Program-made: the position numbers and the translations under genes
Assembly (NCBI GenBank): GCA_963758525.1
Contig: CAVWVQ010000003.1
Location: forward strand, 768,001 to 832,000
Direction: 5' to 3'
Source of the DNA: an uncultured Phycisphaerales bacterium
GTDB taxonomy: Bacteria; Planctomycetota; Phycisphaerae; Tepidisphaerales; Tepidisphaeraceae
DNA: 64,000 nt
Notes under the pieces: model-generated
Database searches by the model: none
Seen by the model: only the letters and a program-made list of their open reading frames with translations
Told to the model about the DNA's origin: nothing
Part shown: piece by piece, positions 1 to 9,129 of the stretch
Layout: each line of letters begins with the position of its first letter
Numbering within the stretch: position 1 is the first letter of the stretch

Positions 1-516
1 GCAAATGGCGGCAATCTCCACGGCGACGGTGTGGAACTCAATTTTGAAGCCCCGCTGAGAGATCGCGTCAAATTCTGGGCAAACGGCGCGTGGAACGATT
101 CCAAGCTTCACCTGTTCAACAAAGCTTTGTTCGGCCCCAACCCCGAGGCCAGCGCCGGTGGAACTGAGTCGATTCACACATACGTCAATGAACACGATCA
201 GATTATCGGATCGCCGAGCTATACCGCGAACGCGGGCGTGGAATACGAGATCACGAATCATCTGACTTTTTCGCCGTCACTCCGGTATTTCACGGATCAG
301 GCTGCCGCCAACGACGGGGCATACCTTACCATCCGGAATCGGTTTTATGTCGACGCCACATTCATGTGGAGAGAGATCGCGGGCAGGCACCTGGACTTCG
401 CGCTGTCCGGGTACAATCTTCTCGACAACCGGCAGTCGGTCGGTTCTCCGTTTAATGGAAATACATACAGACCCGGAGGTATCTCATTCGTCGCCTCGCT
501 GACACTGAGGTTCTGA
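1..516 (+). CDS. TonB-dependent outer-membrane receptor, C-terminal part (5' truncated by window)
   Basis: Alternating beta-strand pattern, GYNLLD motif and terminal aromatic residue (…SLTLRF*). Confidence 0.8.
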   Translation, partial: ANGGNLHGDGVELNFEAPLRDRVKFWANGAWNDSKLHLFNKALFGPNPEASAGGTESIHTYVNEHDQIIGSPSYTANAGVEYEITNHLTFSPSLRYFTDQAAANDGAYLTIRNRFYVDATFMWREIAGRHLDFALSGYNLLDNRQSVGSPFNGNTYRPGGISFVASLTLRF

Positions 517-520
517 GCTG

Positions 521-592
521 CAACCATCATCGGGAGGTCCGTCGGTTGAAATCCGCCGCAGCGTCTATGGGGCGATGACCCTCCGATGGTAG
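521..592 (+). pseudogene. Remnant 3' end of a paralogous TonB-dependent receptor gene
   Basis: Reads PSVEIRRSVYGAMTLRW* and aligns by eye with the 3' end of the next gene (2671-2752, PSVEIRRSVYGTVTYRW*). Confidence 0.75.
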
Positions 593-628
593 CATGGCGA
601 TGGGGGATCAGCGGAAAGGAGACTCGCG

Positions 629-2752
629 ATGACGTCCCCTGGCGCCAAGGATTCTGCGGGAGCGCTCTGGAGCCAACATTGGCGCAGCAAGTCCGCAGGG
701 GCGCGCGTCCGCCTGATTGGCGGGCTGCTGGCGCTGGCGGGCGGAGTGCAGAGCGGATCGGCCGCAGATCCCGCGACGCAGCCTGCATCTCCACAGATAT
801 CAGCCACCACATCAGAGGCTCCTGCCACCGGCACCTCGCCGGGAGTATTGAAGAAACTCAGCCTCGAGGAGTTGATGAACGTCGAGGTCACCACCGTCAC
901 GCGAACCGAAAGCACCGTCGGGTTGTCCCCAGCCGCCGTCTTCGTCATTACGCCAGAGATGATTGATCGCTCCGGTGCGCTGAGCCTCCCCGAGCTGTTC
1001 AGGATGGTGCCGGGGATGGACGTGGCGCGGGTTAATGGCAACACCTGGGCGGTCAGCTCGCGCGGGTACAGCTCGGCATTCGGGGCGGTTTTTCAGAACA
1101 ATCTGCTCGTCCAGGTGGACGGGCGAAGCGTCTACAATCCCATCTTCGGCGGGGTATTCTGGGACACCGTCGATTATCCGCTGCAGGACATCGAGCGCAT
1201 CGAAGTCGTCCGCGGGCCGGGCGGCACGGTCTGGGGGGACAACGCGGTCAACGGCGTCATCAACATCATCACCAAGCCCGCCGATGAAACCCAGGGCGGC
1301 CTCGTCAGCGGCGGCGCCGGAACGCTCGATCGCGGGTTCGGGTCGATCCGCTATGGGGGCAAAATCGGAGACAACACCTGCTACCGGGTTTATGGAAAAG
1401 GCCTGACCCGAGGAGATGATTTCGACTTCAAGGCCGAGCCCAACGACTCGTGGACTGTCGGAGACGGAGGCTTCCGCATCGACTCGCATCCGAGCGACGC
1501 CAATCAGTTCACCTTGCAGGGTGACTATGTTCATAGCGACGCCTCGAGCTTCGCTCAGGCTGGAACCAGGCCGTTCGACTTCACCAGCCAATTCACCGAG
1601 CGGTCCAACGGCACTGATGTGCTGGGCCGATGGACGCATCAGGTGGGCAAGGATTCCAGTTGGAGCCTGCAAACTTACTGGAATTACGTGGAACGCGACT
1701 CTTTTGACAACATTCTGAATCTCCGATGGAGCACGTACGATCTTGACTTTCAGCACAACTTCCTGATCGGCGACAATCAGAAGTTCAATTACGGGCTCGA
1801 ATACCGCTACAACGACTCGTTTCTGGGCCCCAGCTCGTCGAGCACGTTAACCGGGGTCACCAGAGCAAGGCAGAGCGTCTACAGCGGATTCCTCCAGGAC
1901 CAGATCGCGCTGGCGCCAGATCGGCTTTTCCTCACCCTCGGATCCAAGCTTGAATACAACACGTTTTCCCGGTTCGAATATCAGCCCAGCGGCCGGCTGC
2001 TGTGGAGCGTCGATCCTCGCCAATCCGTCTGGGCGGCCATTTCCCGCGCCGTGCATACTCCCGATGTATTCGAACGTGATGTGAGGTTCGTGGAGGCGGC
2101 CGTCCCGCCCGCGCCCGCCACGACTGTGATCGCTCCAAATATGGGCATCGATTCCGAGGCGGTGATTGCATACGAACTGGGCTATCGCGTTCAGGCGACC
2201 GAAACCGTTTCGCTGGACACCGCGGCCTTCTACAACGATTACACAAAAATCAGCCTTCTCGTGCCAGCCGGCGCTGCCCCCGTCCCCTTTATTTTCAAGA
2301 ACGCGATGCGGGGAAAGAGTTATGGTGTCGAGGTCGGGGCCACTTGGAAGCCCGCCGACTGGTGGCAGGTCCGTTCGGCATATACGTTCCAAACCGTTGA
2401 ACTGCACCCCGACCCCAGCCTTTCCCAAATGTTGCAATCCACCTACGGACAGGCTTCCAGGGAAACTCCGCAAAACCAGCTCTATCTTCAGTCCACCTGG
2501 AACCTCCCCCATCACGTCGACTTTGACTTGATGGCTCGATATGTCGAAACCACCGGCGGATTCGTCGGGCCCCAGCCCAATGTGCCCAGCTACATCTCGA
2601 TGGACGCTCGATTGGCCTGGAAACCACGTGACGATCTCGAACTGGCAGTCGTCGGGCAGAATCTGCTCGACAACCATCATCCCGAGTTTGGCGGAAGTCC
2701 GTCGGTGGAAATCCGACGCAGCGTCTATGGGACAGTTACCTACCGCTGGTAG
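629..2752 (+). CDS. TonB-dependent receptor (plug plus barrel), type found with YfiR
   Basis: LSLEELMNVEVTTV N-terminus, plug motif DIERIEVVRGPG…GDNAVNGVINIITK, C-terminal GQNLLD…YRW. Confidence 0.92.
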   Translation: MTSPGAKDSAGALWSQHWRSKSAGARVRLIGGLLALAGGVQSGSAADPATQPASPQISATTSEAPATGTSPGVLKKLSLEELMNVEVTTVTRTESTVGLSPAAVFVITPEMIDRSGALSLPELFRMVPGMDVARVNGNTWAVSSRGYSSAFGAVFQNNLLVQVDGRSVYNPIFGGVFWDTVDYPLQDIERIEVVRGPGGTVWGDNAVNGVINIITKPADETQGGLVSGGAGTLDRGFGSIRYGGKIGDNTCYRVYGKGLTRGDDFDFKAEPNDSWTVGDGGFRIDSHPSDANQFTLQGDYVHSDASSFAQAGTRPFDFTSQFTERSNGTDVLGRWTHQVGKDSSWSLQTYWNYVERDSFDNILNLRWSTYDLDFQHNFLIGDNQKFNYGLEYRYNDSFLGPSSSSTLTGVTRARQSVYSGFLQDQIALAPDRLFLTLGSKLEYNTFSRFEYQPSGRLLWSVDPRQSVWAAISRAVHTPDVFERDVRFVEAAVPPAPATTVIAPNMGIDSEAVIAYELGYRVQATETVSLDTAAFYNDYTKISLLVPAGAAPVPFIFKNAMRGKSYGVEVGATWKPADWWQVRSAYTFQTVELHPDPSLSQMLQSTYGQASRETPQNQLYLQSTWNLPHHVDFDLMARYVETTGGFVGPQPNVPSYISMDARLAWKPRDDLELAVVGQNLLDNHHPEFGGSPSVEIRRSVYGTVTYRW

Positions 2753-2765
2753 GCTGGAGAACCCG

Positions 2766-3350
2766 ATGGAACCACGTTTTGCTCGTGCACATCCTTCCTC
2801 GCAGCGATGCACCGCCGTCCGGCGGCTTCTGGGAGCCGTCGTGGCGGGCTGGATCGTCATGGGGCTGGCGCAAACTTCCGCGATGGCCGCCAGCAAGGAG
2901 TACGAGGTCAAGGCCGCGTTCCTCTTCCACTTCACTCAGTTTGTCGAGTGGCCCGACTCCGCGTTCGCCGATCCCAATGCCCCCTTCTGCATCGGCGTGC
3001 TCGGGGATGATTCGTTTGGGGGCGCGCTCGACGAAATCGTCAAGGACGAAAGCGTCGGCCGGCATAAGATCGTGATCAAGCGCTCCCGCCAGACGGCGGA
3101 CTTGAAAGGGTGCCAGATTCTCTTTATCAGCAACTCGGAGAAGGATCACGTCGCACAGATCCTCTCAAGCCTCGATGATTCGGGAATTCTCACGGTGGGC
3201 GAAACCGACGGTTTTGCCGGGCAAGGGGGAATCATCAACTTCTATCTCGAAGAGAACAAAGTGCGCTTCGAAATCAACCCCGGCACGGCAAAGCACCATG
3301 GGCTGAAGATCAGTTCTCAGTTGCTTGGCCTGGGCAGAATTGTCCGGTAA
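2766..3350 (+). CDS. yfiR: YfiR/HmsC family periplasmic protein (DUF4154)
   Basis: Signal peptide then [19 protein letters not shown]…KVRFEIN…LKISSQLL; start taken at ATG 2766. Confidence 0.9.
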   Translation: MEPRFARAHPSSQRCTAVRRLLGAVVAGWIVMGLAQTSAMAASKEYEVKAAFLFHFTQFVEWPDSAFADPNAPFCIGVLGDDSFGGALDEIVKDESVGRHKIVIKRSRQTADLKGCQILFISNSEKDHVAQILSSLDDSGILTVGETDGFAGQGGIINFYLEENKVRFEINPGTAKHHGLKISSQLLGLGRIVR

Positions 3351-3364
3351 GACGTTGGAGACAG

Positions 3365-5014
3365 ATGAACCGGCTGAGAGATCTTTCGATCCGATGGAAG
3401 CTGACGCTTCTGGTTTTGGGTTCGACCCTGAGCGTGCTGCTGCTGGCGTGCATTGCGCTGGTGGTGCGCGAGGTTGCTGCATTCCGCCATGGCATGGTGC
3501 AGGAGCTGACGGTGCTTGCCGACGTCGTCGGCGACAACAGCCGCGCGGCGATCTCCTTCGACAGCCGCGAAGACGCCGAGCGCACGTTGTCGAGCCTTGA
3601 AGTGGAGCCGCACATCATGGGCGCGTGCCTGTTCGGGAAACAGGGAACGCGCTTCGCCGAATACACCCGCGCGGGGGTCGCCCTGGCGTTCCCGGCAGCG
3701 CCGCCCGCAGACGGATCTTATTTTGAACGCGATGATCTGGTGCTGGTTCATCCCGTCATGCTGCATGAGGAGCGCGTCGCGACGATCTACATCGTTTCGG
3801 ATCTCCAGCAGATCAGCGATCAGCTCAAGTCGTATGCCGTGATTATCTGCCTGGTCGTGCTGGCGGCGTTTCTGGTCACGTTCGCGCTCTCGTTTCGTCT
3901 GCACCGCTTCATCTCCGAGCCGATTCTCCGCCTTGCCGAGACGGCGCGCATCGTCGCGGAGAAGAAGGATTATTCCGTCCGCGTCGCCGCCAAAGGCGGC
4001 AAAGACGAGATCGGCCTGCTGACTGGCGCGGTGAATCACATGCTCTCGGAAATTGAGGCCGGCCATACCGCGATGCAGCAGGCCAACCAGTCGCTCGAGG
4101 CCCAGGCGGTGCAGATCAGCGACGCCAAACGATCGCTGGAGGGGCAGGCCGCCCGCATCATGGAGACGGTGAGCGTGCTGGGTTCTTCGTCCAAGGAGAT
4201 CCTCAGTTCAAGCTCGCGGCTTGCCGCCAGCGCCGTCGAGACAGCCACCGCCGTCAACCAGACGACGACCACGGTTGAGGAGGTTCGCCAGACGTCGCTT
4301 CATTCCAGCCAGAAAACACGCCAGGTGTCAGAGAGCGCCCAGCGCGCCGCGGAAGTGTCCGAGCGCGGCAAGCAATCGACGGAACAGACGGCCGAGGGAA
4401 TGCATCGCATTCGCGAGCAGATGCAATCCATCTCCGCCAGCATGCTGCGCTTGAGCGAGCAGACGCAGACGATCGGCGGCATCATCAACACCGTGGAGGA
4501 TTTGGCGCAGCAATCGAACCTGCTGTCGGTCAATGCCGCCATCGAAGCCGCCAAGGCCGGGGAGCATGGAAAGGGATTTGGCGTGGTGGCGCAGGAAGTC
4601 AAATACCTGGCCGACCAGAGCCGCCAGGCAACGACGCAGGTGCGCACCGTCCTCAATGACATCCAGCGGGCGACCAACGCAGTCCTGCTCGCGATCGAGC
4701 AGGGATCCAAAGCGGTTGAAGCCGGGGTGGAGCAATCCGCTGAGGCCGGCAGATCGATCATCCTGTTGTCCCACAACGTCAGCGACGCCGCTCTCGCGTC
4801 CGCGCAAATCGCGGCTTCCAGCCAGCAGCAGGTTGTGGGAATGGATCAGGTGGCCCACGCGATGGAGAGCATCAAGCAAGCCAGCACGCAAAATGTCGAA
4901 AGCGCCAAGCAACTGGAAACCGCGGCGCAAGGCCTCAGCCAGTTGGGGAAGCAACTGGAAGAGCTGGTGGGGCGATATAAGGTGATCTCGAACCGGGGGG
5001 AGAAGGGGGTTTAG
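3365..5014 (+). CDS. Methyl-accepting chemotaxis protein with CHASE8-like periplasmic domain and HAMP
   Basis: Two TM segments flanking [17 protein letters not shown]…; HAMP DEIGLL; MCP tip [29 protein letters not shown]. Confidence 0.92.
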   Translation: MNRLRDLSIRWKLTLLVLGSTLSVLLLACIALVVREVAAFRHGMVQELTVLADVVGDNSRAAISFDSREDAERTLSSLEVEPHIMGACLFGKQGTRFAEYTRAGVALAFPAAPPADGSYFERDDLVLVHPVMLHEERVATIYIVSDLQQISDQLKSYAVIICLVVLAAFLVTFALSFRLHRFISEPILRLAETARIVAEKKDYSVRVAAKGGKDEIGLLTGAVNHMLSEIEAGHTAMQQANQSLEAQAVQISDAKRSLEGQAARIMETVSVLGSSSKEILSSSSRLAASAVETATAVNQTTTTVEEVRQTSLHSSQKTRQVSESAQRAAEVSERGKQSTEQTAEGMHRIREQMQSISASMLRLSEQTQTIGGIINTVEDLAQQSNLLSVNAAIEAAKAGEHGKGFGVVAQEVKYLADQSRQATTQVRTVLNDIQRATNAVLLAIEQGSKAVEAGVEQSAEAGRSIILLSHNVSDAALASAQIAASSQQQVVGMDQVAHAMESIKQASTQNVESAKQLETAAQGLSQLGKQLEELVGRYKVISNRGEKGV

Positions 5015-5059
5015 CGTGAGCGCCCTATCTCCTCTCGACGTGCCGCTCGCTGCGGGGAA

Positions 5060-5713
5060 TCAGTGGTTCAAGTCGTTCATCAAGGAGTGGAAGCTTTCGA
5101 CAGCGCGATGGGATACCGCGCTACGAACTCCCAATTCTGCGGGGAGCAGATTCTCTTTCTGGGGATTCTCGTTTACATATTTAATGCGGGAGCGCACCTC
5201 GTCGGGAGTGTATAAGAACTTCGAGTATGGGCGTTCGCCCCACACTCGGTGCCGATCCGAAAGATCCGCGACGGCGCGAAGCGATTCGCGAGCTCCCTCG
5301 GCGAAGGTGCGCCAGATGACTTCATGGGAATGTTTGTGTCGCTGGACCACGAGATGCGCGTGATTTCGGAGGATGGCGCACGCCCAAACGTTGTAGCCGA
5401 ATTGCTGGGCGGTTCGCGCGAAGCTTTCAGCGATGAGTTGACGCATGCGTGCATCGAACCAGAGGGTTTCGTGTTCCAACAAGGGCTGAGCTTCCGCGTG
5501 AAATTGCTTCAGCTCGGAGCGACTGGGTTGCCGCTGCTTTCTGCCAGGATGGATTTCGCCCAATGCCGCGAGGAGTTCTTTGCGAATTTCGTCGGAGCCG
5601 CTGCCGCGAATGTCGTTGGGGGGCCAATGTCCGTAGCCCATGAGTACTAAGTGATGAGCGATGACGATCCGATGGCGGGGTTGCCGGTGATTCATGCTGA
5701 TTTGGCGAAACAT
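5060..5713 (-). mobile_element. Y1 HUH transposase, RAYT/IS200-like
   Basis: HLVLMGYGHWPPND N-terminus, HUH motif NHAHLVV, catalytic Tyr in IKYVNENP; a probable indel near the 3' end would give …PQNWEFVARY… and a stop at 5080. Confidence 0.8.
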
Positions 5714-5944
5714 GGTCCGCGACGACGCGAAGCGACTGCCAGGCTCCGTCGGCAATCGAGCGGCAGATCACGCATTACAGTCTCGCTGCAGTGCTACGGT
5801 AGCGAACGACTGATTGAGAATCCAACGCTCTTCGGGGCCCACATTACTCGACCCTACTAATAACGCAGGTACCTGTTCACATCGGACTTCGTACATCGTG
5901 TTCCGCTGCGCGTCGCCGGCGCTCGCTTCGCGTCGTCGCGGACC
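5714..5944. repeat. 22-bp perfect inverted repeat pair upstream of the RAYT-like gene
   Basis: GGTCCGCGACGACGCGAAGCGA at 5714-5735 and its reverse complement at 5923-5944. Confidence 0.85.
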
Positions 5945-6005
5945 GTAGCACCCCAAGAGCCCAAGGAATTCATAACCCGACCCGAAATTGCGGTCCCGCT
6001 TCGAA

Positions 6006-7856
6006 TCACCCCCCCGCGCCTTCCTTCTCCGGCAACTCCCGCAATGGAAGATGCACCGTAAATCGTGAACCTTTCCCAGGCGTCGAGTCCACCTCGATCC
6101 TTCCCCCGTGGTCGGTGACAATTCCGTAGCTGATGCTCAACCCGAGCCCCGTCCCCTGCCCCAGAGGCTTGGTGGTAAAGAAGGGATCGAAAATCCGGCC
6201 GATCACGGCGGGCGGAATGCCGCAGCCGCAATCGGTGACGTCGATCGACAGTTCCGATGCATTAGCGCGGGTTCCGACGACGATCGTGGTGCCCGGTTCA
6301 GATGCATCGATCGCATTACCCAGCAAATTCATAATCACCTGATTGATCTTCGCGGGATAGCAGACCAGCGGGGGAACAGCGGGCAGGTTCATCTCGATCT
6401 TCACGCGCTTTTCCGTCGCGCGGTTGCGAATCAGGTTCACCGTTGACTCGATGCCGGCGTTGATATTCACGGCACTCAGGTCGCTCTCGTCGAGACGAGC
6501 GAAGTCGCGCAGGTCGGTCACGATATGCCGGATGCGATTCAAGCCGTCCTGCGAGCGGACGAGAATCTCCATCAGATTGTCCAGCGTGTAGTTCAGGTCG
6601 ATCCGGTCGCTCAGCTCGGCGATGGGTTCGAACAGATTGGATTGCTGCTGAATGATGCTGTCGGCGGCGCGGTACAGCATCAGGATCTGGCGGACGGAAC
6701 TGACGTCACGCCGCAGCACCGCGACGTTGTTGCTCACAAACGCCAGCGGGTTATTGATCTCGTGGGCGATGCCCGCAACCATCTGCCCCAGGCTCGCCAG
6801 TTTCTCGGTCTGCACCATCTGCGCTCGGGCGCGCTTCAGCGCCTGGTGCGCTTCACGCTCGGATCGGGCGGCGTCTTCAAGAAGATGGTTTTGCTGTTGC
6901 AGCTGCGCTTCGGTGCGCTTCCGCTCCGTGACATCGCGCACCACCGTGCACAACACCTGCCGGCGGCCATACGTGATGACGCCGGCACTGGCTTCGACGG
7001 TCACCAGCGATCCATCCTTGCGGCGGTACTGCCGCTCCCCGAAGGAATGCGAGCCGGCAGCGAGCACCTCCTCGAAGCGCGCATCCACGTTTTCGCGGTC
7101 GTGTCCGACAAAAACGTAGATGCTCATATTCTGCATCTCCTGGGCGCTGTAACCCAGAAGCCGCTGGAACGCTGCGTTGGACTCGACGACCTGCCGATTG
7201 TCCGCATCGACCAGATAAATCCCCTCGGCAGTTTGCTCCACCACGGCGCGGTATCGCTCCTCGCTCTGCTTGAGCTTCCGCGCCTGGTCGACCAGTTCCA
7301 TGTTCAGCAGCGTGAGCTCGCGCTTCGTCCGCGAAAGCTCGGTGTTCCGCTGCACCGCCGCGGCGTACGTCGAAAGCAGGAGATTGAGAATCTGCCGACG
7401 GTCCGCCGAAATGACGTGCGTTTCCCCGTTAAAGACAACCTCGACGGGGGAGGATTCCGCAATCCCCGTCGGAGCGGGATTGGCCAGGATCGACTCGACC
7501 CGTGCCAGCAATTGAGCCGGGTCGTAAGGCTTGGTCAGGTAATAGTCCGCCCCCACTTCCAGTCCGCGCAGCACGTCCGACGCTTCGGACAACGACGTAA
7601 GAAGGATCACCGGAATATCCCGCAGTTGCGGATCCTGCTTGATGGCGTGACACATCTCGTAGCCACCCATGATCGGCATTTCCACGTCGCTGATAATGAA
7701 CGTGGGCTTGCGTGTCCGGGCCGCGGCGAGCGCCTGTTCGCCATCCTCGGCAACCGTCACGCTGTAGCCGCACGCCTCCAGCAGATGAAGCAGGACATTG
7801 GCCTGCGTCGGACTGTCCTCGGCGATCAGGGCCTCGACAGGATTGGAAGCGCTCAC
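6006..7856 (-). CDS. Hybrid sensor histidine kinase (REC-PAS-HisKA-HATPase)
   Basis: LIAEDS/SDVEMP receiver, PAS, H-box AGIAHEINNPL, FFTTKP and GTGLGL. Confidence 0.93.
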   Translation of the reverse strand: MSASNPVEALIAEDSPTQANVLLHLLEACGYSVTVAEDGEQALAAARTRKPTFIISDVEMPIMGGYEMCHAIKQDPQLRDIPVILLTSLSEASDVLRGLEVGADYYLTKPYDPAQLLARVESILANPAPTGIAESSPVEVVFNGETHVISADRRQILNLLLSTYAAAVQRNTELSRTKRELTLLNMELVDQARKLKQSEERYRAVVEQTAEGIYLVDADNRQVVESNAAFQRLLGYSAQEMQNMSIYVFVGHDRENVDARFEEVLAAGSHSFGERQYRRKDGSLVTVEASAGVITYGRRQVLCTVVRDVTERKRTEAQLQQQNHLLEDAARSEREAHQALKRARAQMVQTEKLASLGQMVAGIAHEINNPLAFVSNNVAVLRRDVSSVRQILMLYRAADSIIQQQSNLFEPIAELSDRIDLNYTLDNLMEILVRSQDGLNRIRHIVTDLRDFARLDESDLSAVNINAGIESTVNLIRNRATEKRVKIEMNLPAVPPLVCYPAKINQVIMNLLGNAIDASEPGTTIVVGTRANASELSIDVTDCGCGIPPAVIGRIFDPFFTTKPLGQGTGLGLSISYGIVTDHGGRIEVDSTPGKGSRFTVHLPLRELPEKEGAGG

Positions 7857-8956
7857 AAGCTCCCCCCCTTCAGATGAACTTTTTGATCCGCCGCTGCCTC
7901 AAGCAAGGCGGCAATGCGCTCGGGACTCAGAACAAACGCAGCCGCGTCCAGCTTGACGGCCTCGCCCGGCATCCCGAACACCAGACTGCTTTCCCGGTCC
8001 TGGGCGATCGTCATCGCGCCGCCATCCCGCATCATTTTCAACTGCTCGGCTCCGTCTCTTCCCATCCCCGTGAGTAGCACGCCCGCGGCAAAGGCGCCAT
8101 ACACGCGCGAGACCGATTCGAAGAGATGAGCCACCGACGGTCGCAACCCCGCATCCGGCGCCGCAAGACTCAGAACCAGCCTTCGATCGACGGCAACGCC
8201 CATGTGAAAACCATCGGGGGCGAGATAGGCGTGTCCGGGAAGCGCCTGCTCGCCGGCGCCGGCAATGCTCACGCGAAACCCGGTTGTAGCGGCGAGCCAA
8301 TCGACCAGGCCCTGCAGAAACCCGACGGCGATATGCTGCACGATCAGAATCGGAGCGGGAAACTCAGGCCGCAGCCCGCGCAGGATCGTCTGCAGCGCCA
8401 ACGGACCGCCAGTGGATGCGCCGATGGCAACCACTTCGGGGTGCGGGGTCTTTTGTGTCGGGGATGGAACGAACTGTCGCGCGGGAACGGCGGTCGGACG
8501 CGTCGGCGCGACCGCTGCCCGCGGGCGGGACCACCGCCGCACCATCTTCACCTCCGACATCGCTTTGACGGTCTGCACCAGATATCTCGCATCGCGCTCG
8601 TGGTCCCGATGGCCCGGCCCGTGAGGCTTCCCGACGATGGCAACCGCACCGGCTTCAATGGCTTTGAACGTCGTCGCCACCTCTTCCGGCCGCCAGTTGG
8701 CCGTGACGATCACGATCGGCACGGGCTGGTTTTCGATGATGCGGCGGGTCAACTCAAAACCATTCATTCCAGGCATATTGATGTCGACGGTCACCAGATC
8801 GGGAACGCCATGGCTCAAAGCCTCCAGCGCATCGGCGCCGTTCGCGGCGGTCCCCACAACGCTGATGTCGGGATCGGCGCTGAGGATGCCCTGCAGCAGT
8901 TCCCGCATCACTGCTGAATCCTCGACGATGAATATCCTGATCCGGTGATTCTGCAT
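7853..8956 (-). CDS. cheB: Chemotaxis methylesterase CheB (REC plus esterase)
   Basis: GASTGG, VQHI, RPSV and LTGMGRDGA motifs. Confidence 0.95.
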   Translation of the reverse strand: MQNHRIRIFIVEDSAVMRELLQGILSADPDISVVGTAANGADALEALSHGVPDLVTVDINMPGMNGFELTRRIIENQPVPIVIVTANWRPEEVATTFKAIEAGAVAIVGKPHGPGHRDHERDARYLVQTVKAMSEVKMVRRWSRPRAAVAPTRPTAVPARQFVPSPTQKTPHPEVVAIGASTGGPLALQTILRGLRPEFPAPILIVQHIAVGFLQGLVDWLAATTGFRVSIAGAGEQALPGHAYLAPDGFHMGVAVDRRLVLSLAAPDAGLRPSVAHLFESVSRVYGAFAAGVLLTGMGRDGAEQLKMMRDGGAMTIAQDRESSLVFGMPGEAVKLDAAAFVLSPERIAALLEAAADQKVHLKGGSL

Positions 8957-8959
8957 TCG

Positions 8960-9006
8960 CTCTCAAATGAATGTTCGCGAGTTCTCTCAAATGAATGTTC
9001 GCGAGT
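8960..9006. repeat. 23-bp tandem direct repeat immediately upstream of cheB
   Basis: CTCTCAAATGAATGTTCGCGAGT at 8960-8982 and 8984-9006. Confidence 0.9.
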
Positions 9007-9129
9007 ACGCGATCATGCCGGTCGATCCGCTGCCCGGAGGGCAGCCGCTGAACGATTGCTAAACGCTGCCAAACGTTGACGGAACCGTGCGATGGCGCGG
9101 GGTCTTTCAGCCCCGCGCAGCCGCGTCGC

